Below, piece by piece: positions 36,467 to 48,057 of a stretch of 64,000 bases of DNA. Both the position numbers and the translations under genes were made by a program. This DNA is from Pyxidicoccus caerfyrddinensis (GTDB lineage: Bacteria; Myxococcota; Myxococcia; Myxococcales; Myxococcaceae): the NCBI RefSeq assembly GCF_010894405.1, contig NZ_JAAIYA010000026.1, positions 111,494 to 175,493 on the forward strand, given 5' to 3'. The notes below the pieces were generated by a model, which was given only the letters and a program-made list of their open reading frames with translations, was not told the origin of the DNA and searched no databases. The stretch's first letter is position 1; each line of letters begins with the position of its first letter.

Positions 36467-37396
36467 CTACGAGGCCCGCGCCGGCACCTTGGGACCCAGC
36501 ACGTCACGCAGCGCGTCCGTCACCGTCAGCTTCGGCGCCCAGCCCAGCGCCCGCAGCTTGTCCGGTGCGCCGACGAGGCTCGGGATGTCCGAGGGCCTCA
36601 AGCGCGCGGGGTCCAATTCAATCCGCGCATTCACGCCGGCCAGCGTCAGCATCTCCTCCAGCAGGCTGCGGATGGTGCGTCCCTCGCCGCTGCAGATGTT
36701 GTACGCCTGCCCGGGCTCGCCCTTCACGAGCAGCAGCCGGTACGCCTCCACCACGTCGCGCACGTGGGAGAAGTCACGCACCGCCTCCAGGTTGCCCGTG
36801 CGGAGCACCGGGTCCACCGTGCCCAGGCCAATCGCGCGAATCTGCGAGGCGAAGGAGGGAACCACGAAGGTAGGGTCCTGCCCCGCGCCCAGGTGGTTGA
36901 AGGGCCGGGCCATGACGACTTCCAGCCCGTAGCTGCGGTGGAACTGCACGCCGGCCAGCTCCGCCGCGGACTTGGAGGCCGCGTAGGGGCTCAGGGGGAC
37001 GGCGGGCGTGGACTCGGTGGCGCGCGTGCCCTCGGGCACCGGGCCGTACACCTCGCCCGAGCCCACCAGCACCACCCGCGTCTTCGGCGCGGTGTCGCGC
37101 AGCGCCGTGAGCAGGTGCACCACCCCCATCGTGTTCACCGCGAACACGCGCGAGGGGTTGTTGTGGCTCTTGGCCACCGAGCTGAAGCCCGCCAGGTGGA
37201 TGACACCCTCGGGCTTCGCCTCGGCGATGGCGGTCTTCATCGCGGCCTCGTTGGCCACGTCGAAGTGGAGGGCGCTGCTGCTGATGCCCTCCCCGCGCGG
37301 CCCGTGGGCCTCGACGACGTCGTCACCGGCGGCGCGCAACAGGGCGCACAGGTGCCGGCCGACGAAGCCGTCCGCTCCAGTGACGAGGATGCGCAT
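36467..37396 (-). CDS. rmd: GDP-4-dehydro-6-deoxy-D-mannose reductase-like SDR (Rmd-like)
   Basis: MRILVTGADGFVGRHL (Rossmann GxxGxxG), YAASK (catalytic YxxxK) and GNLEAVRDFSHVRDVVEAYRLLL, which resembles Rmd rather than Fcl. The start codon directly abuts the gmd stop. Confidence 0.7.
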   Translation of the reverse strand: MRILVTGADGFVGRHLCALLRAAGDDVVEAHGPRGEGISSSALHFDVANEAAMKTAIAEAKPEGVIHLAGFSSVAKSHNNPSRVFAVNTMGVVHLLTALRDTAPKTRVVLVGSGEVYGPVPEGTRATESTPAVPLSPYAASKSAAELAGVQFHRSYGLEVVMARPFNHLGAGQDPTFVVPSFASQIRAIGLGTVDPVLRTGNLEAVRDFSHVRDVVEAYRLLLVKGEPGQAYNICSGEGRTIRSLLEEMLTLAGVNARIELDPARLRPSDIPSLVGAPDKLRALGWAPKLTVTDALRDVLGPKVPARAS

Positions 37397-38380
<984 letters not shown>

Positions 38381-38441
38381 CTATGTTTGCTGGAGGACGG
38401 CGCGTTGTACCCGAGGCGGTCACCAGTAGCCAACCGTTGCC

Positions 38442-38466
38442 TGTGCCTTCGTACTTGAAAGGCACA
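38442..38466. promoter_or_regulatory. Inverted repeat TGTGCCTT-N9-AAGGCACA in the gmd/phytase divergent intergenic region
   Basis: 8-bp perfect arms seen directly. It could be an operator or a 5'-UTR hairpin. Confidence 0.25.
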
Positions 38467-38513
38467 CCCCCCGTGACAAGGTAGGCGTTTCCCAGATGAG
38501 CGAGGAGCCGGTC

Positions 38514-39770
38514 ATGCGCAACCCATTCTTCCTGGCCCTGGCGGCGCTGCTCGCGAGTGCGACCGTGTCCGCACAGCCCGTTTCCGTGTCCGTGGCGCCT
38601 GTCCGGGAGACGCAGCCGGACCCGGGCACCGTCGCCGGGGCGCTGCGCGACGTCGCGCTCTGGGTGAACCCGGCCGACGGTGGGGCCAGCCTCCTCATCA
38701 GCGCCTATGACAACGTCAACGCGGGCCTGGTCACCTTCGGGGTGGACGGGACGCAGGTCGAGGCGGAGCTGCCGGATGGGCCGGCCCTCGGCGTGGCATT
38801 GCACGACGACTTCCCCCTGGGAGGGGGCTCCCGGACGCTGGTGGTGACGGCGAACCCCAACTTCAACGGGCTGGGGGCGTACCGGCTGGACCCGACGGGC
38901 GCGGACCGGGTCGTGCGCATCGGCAACGCGGGCTTCCTCACCGGTACGCAGTACGCCACGGTGGCGCTCTACCGCAGCCCCACCTCGGGCCGCTTCTTCG
39001 TCTTCGCGGGCACCCAGGGCGGCAGGCTCGAGCAGTTCGAGCTGACGGGCACGGACGGCGGCCTGACGGCCACCCCCGCGCGCGTGCTCGCCACGGCGGG
39101 AGGCGGCATCGCGGGCGTGGTGGCGGACGAGGAGTCCGGCCGGCTGTTCGTCACCGAGGAGGGGCAGGGCCTGTGGCGCTACTCCGCCGAGACGGATGGA
39201 GGCCAGACGCGCACGCAGATTGCCTCGGTGGGAAACACGCTCAGCACCGACGTGGGCCGGGTGAGCCTGTACCGGGCGCGCAATGGCGAGGGCTACATCC
39301 TCGTCGCGGACACGGCGTCGGGCGCGTTCGCCGTGTTCGAGCGCCGCTCCGAGGCCCTGGTGGGCAAGTTCCTGGTGGTGGCGGACGGCGGCGTCGACGC
39401 GGTGGATGACCCGGTCGCCCTGGCGGTGTCGTCACGTCCGGTGGGGCCGGACTTCGCGGATGGGCTCTTCGTCGCGCACGACGGCGTCAACGGTCCGGAC
39501 AACCTGAAGCTGGTGCGCTGGTCGGCGGTGGCGAACGCCTTCAGCCCGCCGCTGCGCGTCGACACGCTGCAGGCCACCGATGGCGGGACGGATGCGGGGA
39601 CGGGTGGAAACGATGCCGGTCCCGACGTCCAGCCCCAGCCGCTGCCGGTGCCCGGCGGTGGCGAGGACGAGGACGACAGCGGCTGCTCGTGCGCCACGGC
39701 CTCGGTGCCCGCCTCGGCGCTGCTCGGGCTGCTTGCCCTGGCGCTGGCCGGACGGCGGCGCCGGAGCTGA
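38514..39770 (+). CDS. Beta-propeller phytase-like secreted protein with a MYXO-CTERM sorting tag
   Basis: ATG 38514 is preceded by GAGGAG (the track start 38496 is also possible). Signal peptide MRNPFFLALAALLASATVSAQP. BPP-like strings: DVALWVNPADGGASLLISAYD, GVVADEESGRLFVTEEGQGLWRY, GYILVADTASGAFAVFER. The C-terminus is GCSCATASVPASALLGLLALALAGRRRRS. Confidence 0.8.
   Translation: MRNPFFLALAALLASATVSAQPVSVSVAPVRETQPDPGTVAGALRDVALWVNPADGGASLLISAYDNVNAGLVTFGVDGTQVEAELPDGPALGVALHDDFPLGGGSRTLVVTANPNFNGLGAYRLDPTGADRVVRIGNAGFLTGTQYATVALYRSPTSGRFFVFAGTQGGRLEQFELTGTDGGLTATPARVLATAGGGIAGVVADEESGRLFVTEEGQGLWRYSAETDGGQTRTQIASVGNTLSTDVGRVSLYRARNGEGYILVADTASGAFAVFERRSEALVGKFLVVADGGVDAVDDPVALAVSSRPVGPDFADGLFVAHDGVNGPDNLKLVRWSAVANAFSPPLRVDTLQATDGGTDAGTGGNDAGPDVQPQPLPVPGGGEDEDDSGCSCATASVPASALLGLLALALAGRRRRS
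39654..39767 (+). other. MYXO-CTERM-type C-terminal sorting signal
   Basis: Acidic/Gly linker, then GCSC, a hydrophobic helix (LLGLLALALAG) and a basic tail (RRRRS). Confidence 0.75.
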
Positions 39771-39816
39771 AAGCGCGTTGCCAGGGGGCGCGTGCCGCGC
39801 TGAAGTGCGCGGCTCC

Positions 39817-41628
39817 ATGCGTTCCCCGCGCCCCGTCCTCGTCGCGCTGGCGGCTGTCATCGCCGCCTGCGCCAGCACCCCTCCCACGTCCACGCCTGAC
39901 GGCGTCGGCTCCACCGCGAGCGCCGCGTCGGCGCAGCCCGTGCGCCTCACGCTGGTGGGGCTCAATGACCTCCATGGCCACGTGGAGCCCGGCCGCACCG
40001 TCCTGAAGGACGGGCAGGTGGTGGAGGAGGGTGGGGCGGCCACGCTCGCGGCCTACGTGGCACGGCTGCGCGCGGACAACCCGGGCGGGGTGCTGCTGGT
40101 GGATGGCGGGGACCTCTTCCAGGGCACGCTGCCCTCCAACCTCACGGAGGGCGCCATCGTCGTCGACGTGTACAACCACCTGGGTGTCACGGCGGCGGCC
40201 ATCGGCAACCACGAGTTCGACTACGGCCCCGTGGGGCCGGGCACCATGGCGAAGGGCCCGGGCGAGGACTCGCTGGGCGCGCTCAAGGCCCGCGTCGCCC
40301 AGGCGCGCTTCCCCCTGCTGTCCGCCAACCTGCGCGAGGCGGCCACCGGCCAGCGCCCGGCGTGGATGGGCAATGACGGCACGGCGCTCGTCACGGTGAA
40401 GGGCGTGAAGGTGGGGCTCCTGGGGCTCACCACCGAGTCCACGCCGGAGGCCACCAACCCCGTCAACGTGGCGTCGCTGCGCTTCCTGCCGCTGGCGCCC
40501 GCCGCCCTGGAAGCGGCCCGCTCCCTGCGCGCGCGCGGCGCCGAGGTGGTCATCGTCGTGGCGCACGCGGGCGGCAAGTGCCCGGACGTGACGAATCCGC
40601 GCGACACGTCCCGCTGTGACAGGGGCGACTCGGAGATTCTCGACATGCTGGATGGGCTGCCGCCGGGCATGGTGGACGCGGTGGTGGCCGGGCACACGCA
40701 CCAGGCCCTGGGCGTCTTCTACGGCGGCGTGCCCGTCATCGAGACGTCGGGCATGGCGCGCTCGCTGGGCGTGGTGGAGCTGTACGTGGACCCGGCGGGC
40801 CGCCGCGTGCTGCCGGAGCGCACCCGCCTCCAGGCGTCGATTCCCCTCTGCGCGAAGGTGGACACGGCCAGCGGCACGTGTGACGGGCGCAAGCTGAAGG
40901 AGCAGGCGGAGGTGAAGCTGGTGCAGGCCACCTTCCTCGGCGCGCCGGTGGTGCCCGACGCCCAGGTGGAGCAGCTGCTGGCGCCGGCATTGAAGACGGC
41001 GCGGGAGACGCAGCTGCACCCGCTCGGCATCTCCGCCGCCGCGCCCCTGACGCGTGGCTACGCCCAGGAGAGCGCGCTGGGCAACCTCCTCGCGGACGCC
41101 CTGCGCGACGCGGCCCGCGCGGACGTGGCGGTGATGAACCCCGGCGGCCTCCGCGCGGACCTCTCAGCGGGCCCGCTCACCTTCGGCCAGCTGTACGAGG
41201 TGCTGCCCTTCGACAACACCGTGGCCGTGCTCCAGCTCAGCGGCGCGGAGCTGCGGCGCCTGCTGGAGCTGGCCCATGCCACGGACCGGGGCGCCGTCTT
41301 CCCCGTCTCCGGGCTGGAGCTGACGCTGGCGAACTGCCCGGGGCCCCAGCGGCTGCAGCGCGCGACGCTGGCGGGAGGCGGGGCGCTGGAGCCGGGGAAG
41401 ACGTACCGGGTGGCCCTGCCGGACTTCCTCGCCCGTGGCGGAGACGGGCTGGCGCCCCTCATCCGGACGCTGCCCCCCGAACGCGTGGACCTCACGCCGG
41501 TGCGCGGCATGGACCTGCGCGACACCGTCATCGCCTACGGGAAGGCGCGGGGGGGAGTCCTCCCCGTGCCCCCGGTGGGTCGCGTGCGCTACACCGGTGT
41601 CGCGGCCTGTCCCGGCGCGGTGCGCTGA
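39817..41628 (+). CDS. 5'-nucleotidase / metallophosphoesterase family lipoprotein (UshA-like)
   Basis: Internal ATG of track ORF 39580..41628 gives MRSPRPVLVALAAVIAAC/AST (lipobox). Metallophosphatase motifs: LVGLNDLHGH, VDGGDLFQGT, IGNHEFDYG, VAHAG, AGHTH. The C-terminal 5'-nucleotidase substrate domain reads NPGGLRADL...LYEVLPFDNT. Confidence 0.85.
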   Translation: MRSPRPVLVALAAVIAACASTPPTSTPDGVGSTASAASAQPVRLTLVGLNDLHGHVEPGRTVLKDGQVVEEGGAATLAAYVARLRADNPGGVLLVDGGDLFQGTLPSNLTEGAIVVDVYNHLGVTAAAIGNHEFDYGPVGPGTMAKGPGEDSLGALKARVAQARFPLLSANLREAATGQRPAWMGNDGTALVTVKGVKVGLLGLTTESTPEATNPVNVASLRFLPLAPAALEAARSLRARGAEVVIVVAHAGGKCPDVTNPRDTSRCDRGDSEILDMLDGLPPGMVDAVVAGHTHQALGVFYGGVPVIETSGMARSLGVVELYVDPAGRRVLPERTRLQASIPLCAKVDTASGTCDGRKLKEQAEVKLVQATFLGAPVVPDAQVEQLLAPALKTARETQLHPLGISAAAPLTRGYAQESALGNLLADALRDAARADVAVMNPGGLRADLSAGPLTFGQLYEVLPFDNTVAVLQLSGAELRRLLELAHATDRGAVFPVSGLELTLANCPGPQRLQRATLAGGGALEPGKTYRVALPDFLARGGDGLAPLIRTLPPERVDLTPVRGMDLRDTVIAYGKARGGVLPVPPVGRVRYTGVAACPGAVR

Positions 41629-41855
41629 GGGAGCCCGGGCCGAAAATTCAGTCCCTGTGTGATCCGCTGGGACTGAACGAGGAGAGCCAACCCGGCGTAA
41701 GATCAGCGGAAACGCGCCAGGGCCCGATTTTTCGGCCTTGGATCAGTTTTCAACGGGAGGAAGAGTCCCTAGTCTAGGGCCTGCGAGCGACTGAACCGAG
41801 GTGGCCCTTTGCCTGGGCCTGCGAGTGCTGGCGCGCGTGAGTGGGAGGGACTGAC

Positions 41856-42239
41856 ATGCTCTACAAAGTGACCCCGATGATGGCGCCGCCTGCGCCTGAC
41901 AAGGCCAAGCAGCGTGAACCGGGGCAGGGCCAGCCGCGCAAGCGGCGCAAGTCCGCCGTCTACGACGCGGACGGCCACGAGGTGCTCATCTCGCTGATGT
42001 GCATCAAGTGCCGGACCCTGAAGCCGCTGGCCCAGTTCGGCCTGCGGAAGATGGCGGATGGCGCCATCCGTAACCAGCCCTGGTGCCGCACCTGCCGCTC
42101 GGGCGCGGGCTCCAAGAAGGCGAAGGCCGGCAAGGAGGCCGACGCGAAGGCCCCCGAGGCCGCCGCGCCCGTGCTCCAGGTCGTCGCCAAGGCGAATGAC
42201 GCCGAGACGGCCGCTGCGCCCGCCGCGGCGCAGGGCTGA
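41856..42239 (+). CDS. Small zinc-ribbon protein (CxxC...CxxC) with a Lys/Ala-rich tail
   Basis: ATG 41856 is preceded by GGGAGG 7 nt upstream. Third-position G/C bias is very strong. The sequence contains LMCIKCRTLKPLAQFGLRKMADGAIRNQPWCRTCR. Confidence 0.65.
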   Translation: MLYKVTPMMAPPAPDKAKQREPGQGQPRKRRKSAVYDADGHEVLISLMCIKCRTLKPLAQFGLRKMADGAIRNQPWCRTCRSGAGSKKAKAGKEADAKAPEAAAPVLQVVAKANDAETAAAPAAAQG

Positions 42240-42275
42240 GCTGATCCACCGCTGAGCCACGCTCCCGAGGGGCGG

Positions 42276-42301
42276 CCCTCCCGGCCGACCTGACGGGAGG
42301 G
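42276..42301. terminator. Hairpin between convergent genes (CCCTCCCG-N10-CGGGAGGG)
   Basis: 8-bp GC-rich stem seen directly, with no clear U-tract. Confidence 0.3.
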
Positions 42302-42352
42302 ATCTGACCGGGATGATCGCGACCTCGCCGGTTGCGACGCCCGGAAGACGCC

Positions 42353-45130
42353 TCAGGACAGCCGGAGTCCGGCGGGCAGCGTGTCGCCGAGCGCCCGGGC
42401 TTCGTCCGCCGCGTCCAGCGCCACCACCTCGCGCACCATGCGCAGCCAGGCCTCGGCCGCCTTCGCCGCGACGAGCTCCCGGGCGGTGCGCTCGCGCAGG
42501 GCGGGGTCCAAATCCCGCGTGCGGTCCCCGGTGAGCCGGGCCAGCTGCGCCGCCGCGAAGGGGGCGCCGTCAATCTTCTTCAGGTCCATGTCGAGCAGCA
42601 GCGTGAGCCACGCCTCCGCCGTCTCCACGTCCACCACCTTGTGGCTGCTGCCGTAGAGCGGCACGCGCGCGCCCAGCCGGCCCAGGGCCCAGGCCCAGGG
42701 GCCGCCGGACTTCGCCTCGGCCTTCAGTCGCGCGGCAATCCACCTGCCCACCTCGGACTTGTCCCCGGGCGACAGGTGCTCCAGCGAGGCCACGGTGCGG
42801 ACCATCTCCTCCAGCCCCTCCGGCTGGATGCCCTTGAGCTTCCCCGCGGGCGGCGCGTCCGGCGGCACCTTCCGCGCCAGGTGCGGCTGGAGGTACGCGT
42901 ACAGCTTCTGCTGCTGGGCCTCGGTGAGGCCGCCGGCGATGCGGCGCCACATCACCCAGAACTCCGTCCACACCGCCTTGTCCGAGTGGTGCTGCACCAG
43001 CGCGTCGAAGAGGCTGAAGGTCTGCTCCGAGCGCCAGCCGTCCAGCGGGTAGCCGAAGCCCGGACGCAGCGAGAAGCCGGTGAGGCTGTAGAAGACGCGC
43101 TCGTGGTCCTCCGTGCGCCGCCGCTTGCTGGCGCCCGCGTACAGGGTGCTCCACATCTCGCGCAGCACCGGCACGCGCCACGTCTCGCGCGGGCCCAGCG
43201 CCTTCTCCAGCGTGCGCCCCAGCTGCTTCACGTCCTTGGGGCCGATGGGCAGCGGCTTGTTGCCGTAGACGCGCTCGATGTTGTCCTTCGCCTCGACGAA
43301 GCGCGCGGGCATGGACTCGGTGACGGTCAGCTCGTGCGAGCCGCCGGTGCCGCGCAGCTCGAACTCCAGCCGCCAGCGCTCGTCCGCCACGTTGGAGACG
43401 CAGTACAGCTCCAGCGTGCCAATCTCCGTCAGCGCGGCCTGCAGGTGCACGGGGACTTCCGCCACCTTGCCGGTGGCGCCCTTGAGCAGCGTGTGGATGG
43501 GCGGCAGGGGCTTCAAGTCCTCCGCCAGCGGGACGAGGTCTCCCGGCTTGTCGATGCGGTCGCTCGTCGTGGAGTAGAGCTGGAACTGCACCGGCCGCCC
43601 GAGGGTGAGCGTGAAGGGGCGCTCGCCCAGGTCCACCTTCTGGCCCTCCTCGAAGCCGCGGGGGATGAGGCACAGCGCCGGCTGCTCCGCGCTGTCCGCC
43701 GGCCGCTGCAGGCCCACGTAATACGCGCGCGCCGCGCCACCACCGATGCGCAGGCCATGCCCGCGCCGCACCAGACCGTAGTACGCCGCGCCGCGCGCCA
43801 CCGCCAGCTCCAGCGAGGTGTGGCGCAGCAGGGGAATGCGCGGCGCGCCGGGCCACCACGCGGAGAGCGCCTGCACGAGCCGCTCGGAAATCTGGGGTGA
43901 GTTGAAGACGCCGCCGTTGAGGAGGATGGCGTCGGGGCGGGGCAGGGCGCCCTCGGCCGGAGCTGCCTCGCCCAGCGCCGCGAAGCCCGCCGCCGCGTGC
44001 TGCGCGAGGAAGGCCGCCAGGTGCCGCGTCACCGCCGGGTCCTGCACGTACGGCAGGCCCAGCTCCTGGAGCGCCATGCGCGCGGCGCGGCGCGGGCGCT
44101 CGGTGGGGGCAGAGGCCGGGAAGAAGCCGTCCAGCACCAGGGCGTGCGCCTCGTCGCGCAGCAGCTCCGTGGACAGCGTGCCGCCCAAGAGCCGGCTGCC
44201 CCCGCCCACCAGCGAGACGCCGTACTTCTCCGGAGGCTCATTGCCCAGCAGCGCCTCCTTCGCGGTGCGCGCGGCCTGGATGGCGTGCGTCCACTGCGTG
44301 GCGGACAGGCGCCGGCCGTCGGTGAAGAGCTTCTCCTCCACGCGGCGGGCCAGGGCGGCGTCCATGTTGTCGCCGCCCAGCATCAGGTGGTCGCCCACCG
44401 CGAGGCGCCGCAACATGGGCCCTTCCGGCGAGACGCCCGCGTGCACCAGCGTGAAGTCCGTGGTGCCGCCGCCCACGTCCACCACCAGCACCAGCCGCAC
44501 GTTGGAGAGCGTCTGCTCCAGGTCCGTCCGGTGGCGCGCGGTGTAGTCGTAGAAGGCCGCCTGTGGCTCCTCCAGCAGGGTGAACTTCTCCAGCCCCGCC
44601 TTGCGCGCGGCGCTCACCGTGAGGGCACGCGCGGCCTCGTCGAAGGAGGCGGGAACGGTAATCACCACCTCCTGCTTGGACAGCGGCGCGTCCGGGTGGG
44701 CGAAGTCCCAGGCGCGCGCCATGTGCGTCAGCAGGAGGGCGCTGGCGTCCACCGGCGAGAGCTTCTGCACGTCCGCCGGAGCGCCCCACGGGAGGATGGG
44801 CGCGGAGCGGTCCACGCCCGGGTGACACAGCCAGCTCTTGGCGCTGGAGACGAGGCGGCCCGGCACGCGGGCGCCCTGCCAGCGCGCCAGCTCGCCCACC
44901 ACCCACGGGCCGCCGTCATCGCCCCAGGGCAGCTTCAGCGACTCGGCGGCCAGCTCCTGGCCTGCGGGCACGTACACGGTGGAGGGCAGCAGCGCGCGGG
45001 GGGCTACCTCTCCCTGCCGGACGAGCTGGGGAATCGGGAAGTCCTCCACGGGGGCGCCCGCGCCCTTCGAGGGGTCCACGGACGCCACCGCGCAGTGGGT
45101 GGTTCCCAGGTCGATTCCGACGATTCGCAT
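42353..45130 (-). CDS. Atypical Hsp70-family protein (925 aa) with a long helical C-terminal extension
   Basis: Actin-fold ATPase motifs: MRIVGIDLGTTHCAVASV, VITVPASFDEAAR, VVDVGGGTTDFTLV, NGGVFNSP. About 350 extra C-terminal residues have no canonical lid or EEVD motif. Confidence 0.9.
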   Translation of the reverse strand: MRIVGIDLGTTHCAVASVDPSKGAGAPVEDFPIPQLVRQGEVAPRALLPSTVYVPAGQELAAESLKLPWGDDGGPWVVGELARWQGARVPGRLVSSAKSWLCHPGVDRSAPILPWGAPADVQKLSPVDASALLLTHMARAWDFAHPDAPLSKQEVVITVPASFDEAARALTVSAARKAGLEKFTLLEEPQAAFYDYTARHRTDLEQTLSNVRLVLVVDVGGGTTDFTLVHAGVSPEGPMLRRLAVGDHLMLGGDNMDAALARRVEEKLFTDGRRLSATQWTHAIQAARTAKEALLGNEPPEKYGVSLVGGGSRLLGGTLSTELLRDEAHALVLDGFFPASAPTERPRRAARMALQELGLPYVQDPAVTRHLAAFLAQHAAAGFAALGEAAPAEGALPRPDAILLNGGVFNSPQISERLVQALSAWWPGAPRIPLLRHTSLELAVARGAAYYGLVRRGHGLRIGGGAARAYYVGLQRPADSAEQPALCLIPRGFEEGQKVDLGERPFTLTLGRPVQFQLYSTTSDRIDKPGDLVPLAEDLKPLPPIHTLLKGATGKVAEVPVHLQAALTEIGTLELYCVSNVADERWRLEFELRGTGGSHELTVTESMPARFVEAKDNIERVYGNKPLPIGPKDVKQLGRTLEKALGPRETWRVPVLREMWSTLYAGASKRRRTEDHERVFYSLTGFSLRPGFGYPLDGWRSEQTFSLFDALVQHHSDKAVWTEFWVMWRRIAGGLTEAQQQKLYAYLQPHLARKVPPDAPPAGKLKGIQPEGLEEMVRTVASLEHLSPGDKSEVGRWIAARLKAEAKSGGPWAWALGRLGARVPLYGSSHKVVDVETAEAWLTLLLDMDLKKIDGAPFAAAQLARLTGDRTRDLDPALRERTARELVAAKAAEAWLRMVREVVALDAADEARALGDTLPAGLRLS

Positions 45131-45155
45131 ACACCTCCGGTTGACGGACGGCTTT

Positions 45156-47018
<1,863 letters not shown>

Positions 47019-47035
47019 ATCGGACGGGAACTCCT

Positions 47036-47671
47036 TCAGGCGAGCTCGACTTCCGCGGGCGCCAGCACTCGCGGGTCCATGGCCGGGCTCACGGCGGGGA
47101 ACTTCACTTCCGTCGTCACCCAGCCGTGATGGCGCAGCGTCCCGTTGTAGGGAGGCTGGCCGGCCACGTTGCCGGTGAGGCGGATGCGCTGGGCGTCGAA
47201 GCCGGCGGGCACCGGGACGCCGTCCCCCTCCGACTGCGGCAGCACCGGCTGGAGGGTGAGGTATTGGTTCACTACCTTGCGGCAGCCCTCGTGGACGATG
47301 CGGGCCGCGGCCCCCACCTCGGCGTCCGAGAAGGCGGCCACGTTCTCCTGGAGGAAGTCCACGAAGCGGCCCTCGCGCTGGAGCATGCCCAGCACGGACA
47401 GGGCGCTGGCGTGCTCACGCTCGGGCGGCAGGGCGGGGGGCGGCTCGGGGGGCTTCACCACCGCCACCGCTACAGGCTTCGGCTGCTCCCTGGGCAGGGC
47501 GGCGGGCGCGGGGCCACCGGCCGGGAGCTGTGCGAGCTGGCCTGCGTCGTAGGCCCGGCTGGCTGGCAGCACCGCCTGGGCGAACTCGCGGGACACGAGG
47601 CAGCGCCAGAAGCACAGCCAGGCGAGCCAGAAGCGTGCGAAGAACGACAGGGAGGCGGACGGGTCGGTCAT
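47036..47671 (-). CDS. DUF2760-like protein (first gene of the Hsp70-pair operon)
   Basis: Internal ATG 47671 (MTDPSASLSFFARFWLAWLCFWRCLVSREF) gives a hydrophobic N-terminus. A Pro-rich linker follows, then LQREGRFVDFLQENVAAFSDAEVGAAARIVHEGCRKV, typical of DUF2760. The N-terminal part of the track ORF is the translated tRNA. Confidence 0.75.
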   Translation of the reverse strand: MTDPSASLSFFARFWLAWLCFWRCLVSREFAQAVLPASRAYDAGQLAQLPAGGPAPAALPREQPKPVAVAVVKPPEPPPALPPEREHASALSVLGMLQREGRFVDFLQENVAAFSDAEVGAAARIVHEGCRKVVNQYLTLQPVLPQSEGDGVPVPAGFDAQRIRLTGNVAGQPPYNGTLRHHGWVTTEVKFPAVSPAMDPRVLAPAEVELA

Positions 47672-47728
47672 CGACTCCGGATAACAAAGCCCGCCTGCTT
47701 TGCAATTCAGCAAATGGAGGGAAGTGCC

Positions 47729-47767
47729 CCAAATGCAAAGGGCCTCACGGTTTCCCGTGAGGCCCTT
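47729..47767 (-). terminator. Rho-independent terminator after tRNA-Ala
   Basis: On the minus strand: AAGGGCCUCACGG-GAAA-CCGUGAGGCCCUU (13-bp perfect stem, GNRA-type loop), followed by UGCAUUUGG. Confidence 0.65.
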
Positions 47768-47777
47768 CGGTTCTTCA

Positions 47778-47853
<76 letters not shown>

Positions 47854-47920
47854 ACAACCGGACTGCTGACTGCTCGCCTGCTGCGCCCCGGCGGCGTTGG
47901 GGCCGACGAAGTGGAACGGG

Positions 47921-47949
47921 CTAGTACCGGACCCCTTTCATGCTGTCAA
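47921..47949 (-). promoter_or_regulatory. Candidate sigma-70 promoter for tRNA-Ala
   Basis: Minus strand: TTGACA (47944-47949), 17-nt spacer, TACTAG (47921-47926), about 60 nt upstream of the tRNA 5' end. Confidence 0.4.
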
Positions 47950-47978
47950 GCGCAAGGCGCAGCCAATAATTCCTGCGA

Positions 47979-48007
47979 TTGACGTGCCGCGCAGCGGATG
48001 CCATAAA
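47979..48007 (+). promoter_or_regulatory. Candidate sigma-70 promoter for the TPR gene
   Basis: TTGACG (47979-47984), 17-nt spacer, CATAAA (48002-48007), about 50 nt upstream of ATG 48058. Confidence 0.35.
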
Positions 48008-48057
48008 AACCCCTCGTTTCAGGCGTAACCTTCCCGCCCGCTTCAACGCCCCCGGTA

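Noticed and set aside
41769-42260. 163-aa minus-strand ORF opposite the zinc-ribbon gene
   Set aside because: The plus-strand frame has far stronger G/C third-position bias, an RBS and a CxxC...CxxC motif.
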